DNA of 64,000 nucleotides. Source: a virus. Lineage: Duplodnaviria > Caudoviricetes. Position numbers and translations under genes: made by a program. Under the pieces are notes generated by a model. It ran no database searches. It was not told the DNA's origin and saw only the letters and a list, made by a program, of their open reading frames with translations. The stretch is taken from positions 45,450 to 109,449 of IMG/VR virus record IMGVR_UViG_3300031994_000043. One strand, given 5' to 3'. Shown here one piece after another: positions 28,549 through 38,038 of this stretch; position 1 is the first letter of the stretch, and every line of letters begins with the position of its first letter.

Positions 28549-29844
28549 TTACATACTTGCCTTGTATGCATTTTCAAATTCATTTCTATCACTAGCATTT
28601 AAGCCCATAGCATTTAGACCTGCCGTATAATATGTTCCTGTCTTGCCTTTCTTTACCCCTGCTTTTTTATCAAAGTCTGCTGCTCTTTGTGCCATTTCTT
28701 TAATTTCGGACTTACTAAACTCTGATTTTTCTTCTTTCTTTTGTTGTGGTTTAGAAGCTAGTTCTGGTTTAGGTTCTGTATTTTCTTTTGTTTTCACATT
28801 GTCAATTTTAGTTGGGTTAGGATTTGAAGTTGGTCCTTGTGGTCCTTTATCACCACCGGTTTGTTGTCCGATATGTTCGTTACTAGCAACTTGTGTTTCT
28901 TGAACAGGTGGGTTACTTACTGGTGATGAATCGTCCAAATCCAAATCTTCCAATTCAGCAAGTTCAGGATTTCGTATCATATCCAAATCACTTTCATTTG
29001 CGGACTGTTTCCACATTTCTGTTTGTAGTTCTGGCTCAACTTCATCACTATCCAAATCCAATCCCATTAGTTCGTTATAAGCAGGGTCATAGAGTTGTTC
29101 TTCCTTAATCATATCCAAATCAGACTGATTAGTGCTTTGTCTCCAGTCGTTTTCTATATCTTCTTTGTGTGCTTTAGGGTCACCTTCCACAAAGATAGTA
29201 TCAGCATTAGCCTTTCCGTTTGGGTCATAAATTGGGTCTTGCGGAGTAATTTTCTTTGTTTCAGTTGTTTCACCATAATCAACTGGTTCGTCAATAGTTT
29301 GTCTATAATAAGTTTCAAATGATAATGTTACTGTGACTTTACAAGGGCTTTCATTTTGATAGTCATAATTATATACTGTATAATTTACAATTTTCAAATT
29401 CTCAAAATGATATAAGAACTTGTATCTCCATAAATTGTTATTCAAAACTTTAATTTGGATGATAGGTATTACTTTGTCTATGTTATAAACACCATAGTTA
29501 GTCATTAAACCATTACTGAATTTTTGGTTTAATTTATAACCCATATAATCAAATACTTTCTTTAGTGTACAAGAATAGTTATTGTTTTTATCATCCATAT
29601 ATTCGTAGAAATCCAAAGTCAATTCTTTACAAGAATCGTATTTTGGAGTAACGAAAACTTGTGCGACATTACCATATTCAATAGTTTCTTCTTCGTATTC
29701 AAATTTAGGAATAGTAAGCCCTGTACAATTAACCAGAGGCTCTTCTTTATTGTTCAATGTGATAAGAACTTCAAAAGCATCAGATAGTTTAATTGACTTC
29801 TTATGCCAAAAATCTGTTATGTTTACAAATTGTCCTAATGCCAT
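28549..29844 (-). CDS. Tube-fold N-terminal domain plus acidic low-complexity extension
   Basis: LTIPKFEY, LTLDFYE, FENLKIVNY...YDY, VTVTLSFE. Confidence 0.55.
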   Translation of the reverse strand: MALGQFVNITDFWHKKSIKLSDAFEVLITLNNKEEPLVNCTGLTIPKFEYEEETIEYGNVAQVFVTPKYDSCKELTLDFYEYMDDKNNNYSCTLKKVFDYMGYKLNQKFSNGLMTNYGVYNIDKVIPIIQIKVLNNNLWRYKFLYHFENLKIVNYTVYNYDYQNESPCKVTVTLSFETYYRQTIDEPVDYGETTETKKITPQDPIYDPNGKANADTIFVEGDPKAHKEDIENDWRQSTNQSDLDMIKEEQLYDPAYNELMGLDLDSDEVEPELQTEMWKQSANESDLDMIRNPELAELEDLDLDDSSPVSNPPVQETQVASNEHIGQQTGGDKGPQGPTSNPNPTKIDNVKTKENTEPKPELASKPQQKKEEKSEFSKSEIKEMAQRAADFDKKAGVKKGKTGTYYTAGLNAMGLNASDRNEFENAYKASM

Positions 29845-29847
29845 AAG

Positions 29848-31026
29848 TTATCCCCTTCTTTGAACATAGAATGAACCAACTCTAGCTTCATTAGCTTGTC
29901 CACTTGCGTTCTTTTGTTTGAAATCAGATGCGAAACCAAGTGTACCATCTGGTTTTTCAATAACAGTAACTGCGTGTCCGTATTTTGAACCATCAGCATA
30001 AGTAATGTTAATTACATCACCAACTTTTAAATCACCATTCTTAACCATCTTATTCAAATCGGCAGCACCATTACCAGATAGACCTTGAACTCTCTTATAT
30101 CCATATCTACTCAAATCTTGATTTTCACCATTACCAGCAACAGCACCCAAATCTTTCTGTCCAGTAGTAATAGCAGCTACAAGATATGTAGAAGTAGCAC
30201 ACAAACCATTTATACCCTTTTGATATGAATCTGTGATATAACCTTCTTTCTGTAAGTATTGAACAACCTGTGTAGTGTCATTTGTGTTAATGCCAGCAGT
30301 ACGCATTCTGTCAAGTAACGCATCATAATTGGCTTCTCTGTTTTTATTGTTACTTGTGAATTGTGTTAGTTTGTTATTAGAGTTAGGAATGATACTGTAA
30401 TCTACACCGAAATTTACATTACCATAAGTAAATTCTGTATTCTGTACATTTTGTTCCATAGTATCAAGATTTGGATTGAAATTTGATGTTTGTGCTACAT
30501 TTCTTTGCCCAGTAATCGTTCCCATTGATTCAGACCAATTTTCTACAATACTATCCACAATAAATGAAGTGCTCATTGTGACTTGGCCAGCTGCACCATC
30601 ACGCTTAAATTGTGGTTCATCATAAGAAACCAAATGACAAATGTATGCTGTGGATTTAGACTTGTCATAACGATTATGTTCTTCAAATTCTGTAATGACA
30701 ACAGTAATTCTCCACGGTACTTTTCCGTAAGAATTAGAATTTAGTTTATCTACAAATTGTGTAATTTCCATAGTATCTGTTTCTTCAAATGATATATCAA
30801 GTTTTCGTGAAGCTATATTCCATACTGGTATAGTGAAGATTGTATTACCCAAATACATTGAGCCTTCACTTGCTTGCCCTTCCATTTTTGGAACACTTAC
30901 ATTTGTAACGCAATATGTTAATTTATCATCATCAACACCAGGAAGTCCAGTAAAGAACTTTGCCACAAATCTAAATGGCAATTTAGGTCGCATATTCCAA
31001 AACTTATTTATAGAAAGTCCACGCAT
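29848..31026 (-). CDS. Tube-fold domain fused to CHAP/NlpC-like cell-wall peptidase
   Basis: N: VSVPK, LDISFEET. C: GLCAT (Cys), GDVI, YGHA (His), ASDFKQ. Confidence 0.6.
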   Translation of the reverse strand: MRGLSINKFWNMRPKLPFRFVAKFFTGLPGVDDDKLTYCVTNVSVPKMEGQASEGSMYLGNTIFTIPVWNIASRKLDISFEETDTMEITQFVDKLNSNSYGKVPWRITVVITEFEEHNRYDKSKSTAYICHLVSYDEPQFKRDGAAGQVTMSTSFIVDSIVENWSESMGTITGQRNVAQTSNFNPNLDTMEQNVQNTEFTYGNVNFGVDYSIIPNSNNKLTQFTSNNKNREANYDALLDRMRTAGINTNDTTQVVQYLQKEGYITDSYQKGINGLCATSTYLVAAITTGQKDLGAVAGNGENQDLSRYGYKRVQGLSGNGAADLNKMVKNGDLKVGDVINITYADGSKYGHAVTVIEKPDGTLGFASDFKQKNASGQANEARVGSFYVQRRG

Positions 31027-31033
31027 TGTAATA

Positions 31034-31051
31034 TATTTATACTAATAAATA
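31034..31051. promoter_or_regulatory. Back-to-back late promoters
   Basis: TATAAATA (minus, 31034-31041) and AATAAATA (plus, 31044-31051). Confidence 0.7.
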
Positions 31052-31055
31052 CATT

Positions 31056-32420
31056 ATGGTAACGGATGAAGAAAGAAAATTAGCCAGAGAGTACGTCAAT
31101 AAAAAGTACGAAAAGAAAAGTTCAGCATATATGAACGCTTCTAATGACAAGCAGAGAATGCGTATGATTGCTGACGGATCTGTGCTTGGAAAAGAAGATT
31201 TGGACTATAAGATTTTGGATGGTACGGCTGACGAATCTGCCATTAAGCAGTATGCTATGTATCGTCAAAACCAAATAATTAAAACTGATACTGAAATCAA
31301 AGCTAAAAATGAGCGAAATTCCGTAGAAGCATTGCGTAGAGGTGATGCTAAAGTTATTGCAGTAATGGGTGATACTTATAATGAAGTTGACCCAGCATAT
31401 ATGGGTGGTGTACAGGAAAATCTACCTGAAAAACTTGAACCAGATACTACAGCACCAAATATAATAAATGTATCAAATGATAGTACAGAAAATAGTTTAT
31501 ATGAAGAATATGGAAACAACTATTTTGAACTAATTACTTATGATAACATATTTAAAAGCAAAAATAACTCTTCAGGAACATTAACATTAGCCGGCGTATT
31601 GAAAGACATTCCTTCATTTGGTTTAACAACAGAATGGGATAAAGGTCCTGCTGCGTCAATTTCTGACACTGTTAAGAATTTTATGTGTTCACCTGGTGTG
31701 GAAATGGTTACAACATTAGGTGGACATGACCGTGCTTGGATGAATCTGGATGAAGGTACTGACCGAACATATAAAACAACAAGTAGACCTTCTTTTGATT
31801 TGACATTCAAATTATATACAAATGAAAACATTGGTTCTAAATCATTGACAACATATCAAACTTGGTTGAAAGCATTATCATTGTATGCTATGCCAAGTGT
31901 GGATGCTAAGGTGTCAATAAATGCTATGGCAAACAATGCTTTGAATGGTATTTATGGTTGTGTAGATTTAGCTGACCAAATCGTAGATGCGGCAAAGAAA
32001 ACATTTAATACTTCAATGAACGATACAGATAAAGACTTTCTTGACACGATGGCAGATGTAGCGACAAATGTTGTTAATACAGCAGCTGGTGCTATTGAAA
32101 GCAGAAATGGTGAATGGAGAGTTTCGTCAAACAATAACTTGAAAAATTATTATGGTGCTAAATTGTGGTATTTGAAAATCTTACCAGGTATCTTTAGAAA
32201 GCCTTTGGTAGTTTATATTTCTAATTGGGGTATAACATATTCTAAAGAAATAAACCCAAATACAGGAAAACCTATTTGGGTTGAATTTAAGATAAATTGT
32301 CAAATGGACCAGATAGCAAGTGCACCTATTTGGATGAAGTATTTAAGAAATACTACAAAACCAAACGCATATAAATTAGATTATGAAGAAACGATTACGG
32401 ACTTAGAACAGTCTCGTTAA
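31056..32420 (+). CDS. Baseplate/tube-initiator-like virion protein (gp48/gp54-like, tentative)
   Basis: RPSFDLTFKL, VYISNWGITYS, PIWVEFKINCQ. Confidence 0.45.
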   Translation: MVTDEERKLAREYVNKKYEKKSSAYMNASNDKQRMRMIADGSVLGKEDLDYKILDGTADESAIKQYAMYRQNQIIKTDTEIKAKNERNSVEALRRGDAKVIAVMGDTYNEVDPAYMGGVQENLPEKLEPDTTAPNIINVSNDSTENSLYEEYGNNYFELITYDNIFKSKNNSSGTLTLAGVLKDIPSFGLTTEWDKGPAASISDTVKNFMCSPGVEMVTTLGGHDRAWMNLDEGTDRTYKTTSRPSFDLTFKLYTNENIGSKSLTTYQTWLKALSLYAMPSVDAKVSINAMANNALNGIYGCVDLADQIVDAAKKTFNTSMNDTDKDFLDTMADVATNVVNTAAGAIESRNGEWRVSSNNNLKNYYGAKLWYLKILPGIFRKPLVVYISNWGITYSKEINPNTGKPIWVEFKINCQMDQIASAPIWMKYLRNTTKPNAYKLDYEETITDLEQSR

Positions 32421-33447
32421 TCTTAATTGCTTGTGGAACTAATATATTGTAAATATATCTGTTAGACAATGACAATCTAGTTTCCAAAGATACATCAAAA
32501 TTTATCCATAAGGGCTTAGGTACACTAATGCCCTGTTCTTTTACCATCTGGAATTGTCTACTTGGTGTGAATGAAAAACTCTTTACAATCCAGTCTATAT
32601 TTAATTGACTTGTAACTGTATTTCCACTTGTGTCTTTAGAATTTACATATAAATCTCTTTTGTTGATTTTATCTCCCAAAAGAAAATTTACCGTAAAATT
32701 ACCATTGTTCTTACCATTACCAGTAGTAGATACAATTTGATTATAAGTAGAATCTGCAGTTTCTACTAAACTCTTTGCCGCTGAAGCAAATTTATTTTTT
32801 CTTGCTTCTTTTTCACCTGGTTTATCATTTGGGTTATCTCTGTCGGAAAATCCAGCTACGAATGTTTTACCAGCATCTATAACAGTACCAATTATATTTG
32901 AAGTTCCTGCCATTGTGTTATTTAATGTATCTGCTATATCATCACCAAGTCCACGTCCGTCAGGATTGTTTGCTGCAGATGAAGATTTTACAGGAGAACA
33001 TATATGAGTTAAAAACAAAATTACATCGTTATAATTTGTACATTCCATTCTATTATTGTTATATGCTCTGAATTTTAATTGGACTTGAATTGGTTGAGCA
33101 TCACCACTCATTTTTTGTTGTGTCCAAGCGTCAGAACAAATAAATGGTTGGAAACCTGCTTCGGATTGTCCAGCAAGAAATTTAACAAATTTACTGTTTA
33201 CGAAACTTTCTATCTTTTTACCAATGACAGCACCACCAGCATCGCCCCAGTTAGTTTGAAAATTCAAAGACAAATTCTCTAGCATAATACCAGTAAATCC
33301 ATCTAAAGTTAATCTCCAATAATTACTGTTATAAGTATAAAAATCATTATGAAATAGACTTATACTGAAACCATTTCCTACACCTAGATAGGAAGATGTT
33401 TTAGCTGTTTGAATATGTGATTGTTTATATACTTCAAATAAACTCAT
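32395..33447 (-). CDS. Baseplate/tube-initiator-like virion protein, probable paralogue of the 31056 gene
   Basis: IQVQLKFRA, WIVKSFSFTPS, PLWINFDVSLET; start trimmed to ATG 33447. Confidence 0.45.
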   Translation of the reverse strand: MSLFEVYKQSHIQTAKTSSYLGVGNGFSISLFHNDFYTYNSNYWRLTLDGFTGIMLENLSLNFQTNWGDAGGAVIGKKIESFVNSKFVKFLAGQSEAGFQPFICSDAWTQQKMSGDAQPIQVQLKFRAYNNNRMECTNYNDVILFLTHICSPVKSSSAANNPDGRGLGDDIADTLNNTMAGTSNIIGTVIDAGKTFVAGFSDRDNPNDKPGEKEARKNKFASAAKSLVETADSTYNQIVSTTGNGKNNGNFTVNFLLGDKINKRDLYVNSKDTSGNTVTSQLNIDWIVKSFSFTPSRQFQMVKEQGISVPKPLWINFDVSLETRLSLSNRYIYNILVPQAIKINETVLSP

Positions 33448-35288
33448 TAGATACTCCAAACAGCACTGGCTTTCTGTTCACCTTTATCAGTAATAGCAGT
33501 GTTAGTCAAAATACCCTGTAGAATTTCGTTAGTTCTATCTATCTTTTCTGTAACTTGGTTTATATCAACCTGATAGTTCATTGTAATGTTTTGTAGATTA
33601 TTGGTCTTCTTTCCATCAGATGCTTGAGCATTGTTTTGTGCTAATGAATTACCAATTTCAATCTTGTTTTTCTCAATGCTTACTACAGCCAATTTGATGT
33701 CAGTTAACAAAGCAATAGTATCTAAACGCATTTGTTCAAATCCTTTAATGAATTCATTGAATGGGTTACTCTGTTTAGCTTCTTCCTTTGTATCAGAAGA
33801 GAATAGTCCAGCTAATTTATTCTTAATACCAGTAGCAACATCAGCAACACCACCAAAGATAGTCTTTGCTATATTACCAGCACCATCAAAAATTGAACCA
33901 ATCTTATTAACTACATCACCAACGAAATCTTTAACAGCACGAATAATACCAAGCATTTCATCATAGAATTGGAATACTCTTACAAAAGCTTCTTCCATAA
34001 ATTTAAAAACTTTTGAAGAATAAAGTTTATCTAACAAATAGTTAAATGTAGATTTTAGATTTTCTCTAAATGTATCTCCGAGCAGATAGTCTTTAACTTC
34101 AATTAAAGTATCTTTAACTGATGTAAACAAATTCTCTAAAATACTTTCACCTTCTGCTTCGTCTCTGGTATCAGAACCAAAGAAACCACCAACAAGACTC
34201 TTAAATCCACTGACTACACTCTTACCAACTTCAACGGCAGTTCCAATAGGATTTTTTATAAAATCTCGTAAAAGATTAACCATACCTTCAAATACAGGTT
34301 GTAATGCTAATACAACATCTCTAATTGGAGTAAGTAAAGTAATTAGAACACCACTTATCATATTGAAGGTTTTATTTACTGTTTCAATAACATTCTGTGT
34401 GAAAGTAAATATACCAGCTAAAGTATTAGCAATACCACCTAAAATTCCACTGATAACAGTATTGATGACAGCATACAAATTAGAGAAGATGTTAATCAAG
34501 TTGGTAAACATTGTACCTAAAGGACCTTTAATCATATCAAGTATATCGGCAGCAATACCCAATACTCTACTAAAGATTGGTATTATCTTTTTGATTTCGT
34601 CTTTAAATAACAAAGTAAATAAAACGATAGCACCAATAATTAAGAACACATAAGGACCAATAGCAGAGTGTAATGCAGCTACACCTTTCACTAACAATTT
34701 CGTAATGAATTTATCTGCCATAGTGAAAAATTTAGAAACAACACCAAGTAATGCTCCGCCAATACCTGATATATCTGCTTTGGCTTTTACACCTGCAGTT
34801 GACATATTCTTATTGACATTGGCTTCTTTATTCCAAATCTTTGCTACCTTCTTTGGGTTAGACCATAAGCTAAAGAACTTACGCTTTAGTTGTTCGTCAT
34901 TTTTTCCGAACAGTGTTTTAACGGCAGCAACCGGTTTCTTTGTTATATTTCTTAATTTCTCTTTAACGGCAGCTATTGGATTTAGATTAGCAATCTTTGT
35001 CTTCAATCCACTAAAAGCAGCAGAAATGTTACTGCCTAATGCTTTGAATGGCGCAGTAAAATTCTTAAATCCTTTATTGAAAGTATCTCCAATCTTATTT
35101 CCAAGTGAACTCAATGAGAACGATTTAGATAATGATGAGCCTAAATGGGATAAAGCACTAGCAGTTCTATCCAATTTTGCAGGAATAGTTTCCTTCATAG
35201 CGGCAACATCGTTCATTGTTAAACGAGTATTATCTGCTATTTTAGAAAGCAATTTTGTATTTGTGTTTATTGCGGCTGCATTATCCAT
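33447..35288 (-). CDS. Tape-measure/gp29-like protein (613 aa)
   Basis: Amphipathic helical repeats and central hydrophobic segment; late promoter 35305-35312. Confidence 0.6.
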   Translation of the reverse strand: MDNAAAINTNTKLLSKIADNTRLTMNDVAAMKETIPAKLDRTASALSHLGSSLSKSFSLSSLGNKIGDTFNKGFKNFTAPFKALGSNISAAFSGLKTKIANLNPIAAVKEKLRNITKKPVAAVKTLFGKNDEQLKRKFFSLWSNPKKVAKIWNKEANVNKNMSTAGVKAKADISGIGGALLGVVSKFFTMADKFITKLLVKGVAALHSAIGPYVFLIIGAIVLFTLLFKDEIKKIIPIFSRVLGIAADILDMIKGPLGTMFTNLINIFSNLYAVINTVISGILGGIANTLAGIFTFTQNVIETVNKTFNMISGVLITLLTPIRDVVLALQPVFEGMVNLLRDFIKNPIGTAVEVGKSVVSGFKSLVGGFFGSDTRDEAEGESILENLFTSVKDTLIEVKDYLLGDTFRENLKSTFNYLLDKLYSSKVFKFMEEAFVRVFQFYDEMLGIIRAVKDFVGDVVNKIGSIFDGAGNIAKTIFGGVADVATGIKNKLAGLFSSDTKEEAKQSNPFNEFIKGFEQMRLDTIALLTDIKLAVVSIEKNKIEIGNSLAQNNAQASDGKKTNNLQNITMNYQVDINQVTEKIDRTNEILQGILTNTAITDKGEQKASAVWSI

Positions 35289-35307
35289 CTATTATACCTC
35301 ATAGTAT

Positions 35308-36114
35308 TTATAGCCAAAATACATCATTGAAGGACTGATTATCACTTTCGTCAATTCCGTTATCAACACTATCAAAACTTTGACCGTCAATGAATGATAC
35401 AGAATTGTCAGTCAACAAATTATTTCCACTACCATAACTTTGGTTTTTAGGGCCACCCATCCAGGAGTTTCGTTCACCTTCCCAATCGTATTTGTGTGCT
35501 TCAGCTTTGAGAGCTTGTATGTAATCTTTCATAGCTTCTTCACGGGTCTTTACGATTTCTCTTTGTTCTTCCTGGAACTCTTTTTCTACTTTATCTAATC
35601 GTGCTTTCTCTTGGTTAGCAGCAATAGAAACACAAGCAGGACTACAATACTTTCTGTAACCTTCCGATATACTAATAAAATTGGTTGGTTTGCCACACAT
35701 AGGACAAATACCATCTCCAGGTTTCTTATCGTATCGGTCGTAATAGTCCTTAACACTTATGTTGTGTGTATTAAGATGGTAGAAAAATCTACGCATCATA
35801 ATCTGCTTTGTAGAACCAGCTATGCTGAAACCACAAATTTTACATTCTTTTGTACAAGTTTCATTGTTCGGGTCATTGGCTTTGTTTGTGTTCGCCATTC
35901 TACAATTTTCACATTTCTTTTTATATCCTTTAGACATAGAAATGAATGTAGTAGGCCCGCCACATACTTCACACTTTCCATCTGTAGGTCCAGCTACATA
36001 CTTATCATAGTATTCTTTTATTTGTAACTGATGACTAGAACGAAGGTGTTCGGATAATGCCTTCTCAGTCACAAATGGATGTCCACATTCACGGCACTTA
36101 TAAACGAGTTTCAT
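35308..36114 (-). CDS. Multi-zinc-finger protein
   Basis: Two repeats of CxxC...HLxxxH...YYDxY...CxxCG.PT.FIS.S.GY.K.C. Confidence 0.75.
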   Translation of the reverse strand: MKLVYKCRECGHPFVTEKALSEHLRSSHQLQIKEYYDKYVAGPTDGKCEVCGGPTTFISMSKGYKKKCENCRMANTNKANDPNNETCTKECKICGFSIAGSTKQIMMRRFFYHLNTHNISVKDYYDRYDKKPGDGICPMCGKPTNFISISEGYRKYCSPACVSIAANQEKARLDKVEKEFQEEQREIVKTREEAMKDYIQALKAEAHKYDWEGERNSWMGGPKNQSYGSGNNLLTDNSVSFIDGQSFDSVDNGIDESDNQSFNDVFWL

Positions 36115-36711
36115 TTATTCCTCGTCGGTCAACAAATCTAAATCTAATGTTTCTACTTCAAATGTTACTGTGAACTTACTCAATTCGGATGTTTGACAGG
36201 TAAATTCGGCACTACTGATGTTACTCAAAATACAATGTCCGAATTTCAATTTTGAAATGACTTCATTGTTGTTAGACAAATTTATAACTTCAATCGTGTC
36301 AATACAGTCAAATCTCAAAAGTTCTTCACCAATTAAACTCTTTTTACCACAAGGATAACCATAACGCATATACATCGCCCAAGCATAAAATGCGTACCAG
36401 TTCTTTCTTGCTTCGTCTACTTGGAAGGTCATAGTGATAGTTTGTAATTCTCTAGCACCTATTGGGCTTGGGTGCTTTTGGTCTTCGTGTAAGTAAACAG
36501 AATGAAGAATTGGAACAGAAACATCTGGAACAGTAACGCTTTCAAGATACTGGTTCAAGTTGTTCATATTCAACTTCTTTCCTGTGAAATTTGGAAAATT
36601 ACTGAAACGCACAATAAACTTGTTGTTATTGCTGTTGTTAATATCTTCAACGAAATCTTGACCAGTTTCGTTTACAAATCCTATTGTATCTACGTTTTCT
36701 ATTTCTTCCAT
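36115..36711 (-). CDS. gp3: Tail tube terminator, gp3-like
   Basis: NKFIVRFSNFP, SVTVPDVS, TMTFQVDE..NWYAFYAW, FTVTF. Confidence 0.6.
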   Translation of the reverse strand: MEEIENVDTIGFVNETGQDFVEDINNSNNNKFIVRFSNFPNFTGKKLNMNNLNQYLESVTVPDVSVPILHSVYLHEDQKHPSPIGARELQTITMTFQVDEARKNWYAFYAWAMYMRYGYPCGKKSLIGEELLRFDCIDTIEVINLSNNNEVISKLKFGHCILSNISSAEFTCQTSELSKFTVTFEVETLDLDLLTDEE

Positions 36712-36712
36712 A

Positions 36713-38038
36713 TTAAATCTCTAATTCTAACTTGACTTGGTTCTTTCGTATTTTACCTGGATGGTCAGCAGAGTTTGTGATTGTTTGTATAATTTCGTGC
36801 CAATATATTGTACCTGATACAAATGCATTTCCAGCACTAAAATAATTTATATCTTTAGATTGTATATCTTTGTTTTTATCAAATTCAAATGGTAATTCAA
36901 TATACTTATCTGTGTATTCATCATATAAAGTAGATTTAACATTATCTTTAATGAAATCAAATCCTCTTGCTGACTGACCACCATTTATCAAATCGTATGT
37001 TATACCACTCAACAAATAATCATTTGTGAAAGCAGAAGATTTAACAGTATACAATGGTGTTGCTGAACTTTTTAATTCTTCAGGTCCATCTGTATACCAT
37101 TTGTGTGTATTGTTATTGTATACTTGTTTATATCCATAAGCAGAAGAATCAAACGAACTTGTATTGTTTACATACAAATTATTAAGACCATTACCATCAC
37201 CATTCCAGTCAAAATCAACTCTATCATATCCGTCAGGAACTACGTGTGGTTTGAAAACTGTGGTTTCTGTTACAGGGTCATCTGTATCTACTCTAGGCAT
37301 TAAAGCACAATCAAACAATAGATTTTCACTATCATTTAATGTTATATTAAAATTTGCGATACAGAAACCAACAAAACCTGTTGGGTCTAATTTGTGTGTA
37401 ATTGGGTTATAGATGTTATAACCAGCATCAGGAATTGAACTTTTACCTTTAGTAACAACACGAATAATCAAAGTTTTGTTATCATCTAGCCAAAATTGAA
37501 TACCATTTCTAATAAGTGAATAATCATTGGAGTTATAATAAGTTGGAATTGAATTAGTGAATACCTGATCATACAATAGTTCATCACCACATATTGTATG
37601 TGCTTTTCCTGTGCCTTCACAAGTAGGACATTCAATTACACCATCACCAGGAACAAAAGTACTTGGGTTATCACTTCGACCATGACCACCACATCTATCG
37701 CATCCTGCGGCAGGAAGTCTTGGTGGATAAAGAATACCTGTACCACCACACTTTGTACAAGTTATTTTACCTGCGCCATCACAGCTCAAACATTTTTTAA
37801 TTGTGTATTCTCTAGCATTTTTACAAATTTCAATAGTTGGTTCAGTATCTTTTTTGTATAATTCTTCAATAGCAAAAGTATCACCACCAGTAAGATAATC
37901 ATTGATAAAGTATTCAAATTGTTCTTTAACTGTAATGTTAAAGGATTCTGAATTAATGTTGATAGGGTTATCACTGTGAATAGTAATAACCTTCACCCAT
38001 TTAGATTTTGGATCTTCTGTAATACTATAGGTTGCCAT
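36713..38038 (-). CDS. Virion-associated protein with DnaJ-type CxxCxGxG zinc finger
   Basis: CLSCDGAG, CTKCGGTG, CDRCGGHG, CPTCEGTG. Confidence 0.7.
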   Translation of the reverse strand: MATYSITEDPKSKWVKVITIHSDNPININSESFNITVKEQFEYFINDYLTGGDTFAIEELYKKDTEPTIEICKNAREYTIKKCLSCDGAGKITCTKCGGTGILYPPRLPAAGCDRCGGHGRSDNPSTFVPGDGVIECPTCEGTGKAHTICGDELLYDQVFTNSIPTYYNSNDYSLIRNGIQFWLDDNKTLIIRVVTKGKSSIPDAGYNIYNPITHKLDPTGFVGFCIANFNITLNDSENLLFDCALMPRVDTDDPVTETTVFKPHVVPDGYDRVDFDWNGDGNGLNNLYVNNTSSFDSSAYGYKQVYNNNTHKWYTDGPEELKSSATPLYTVKSSAFTNDYLLSGITYDLINGGQSARGFDFIKDNVKSTLYDEYTDKYIELPFEFDKNKDIQSKDINYFSAGNAFVSGTIYWHEIIQTITNSADHPGKIRKNQVKLELEI

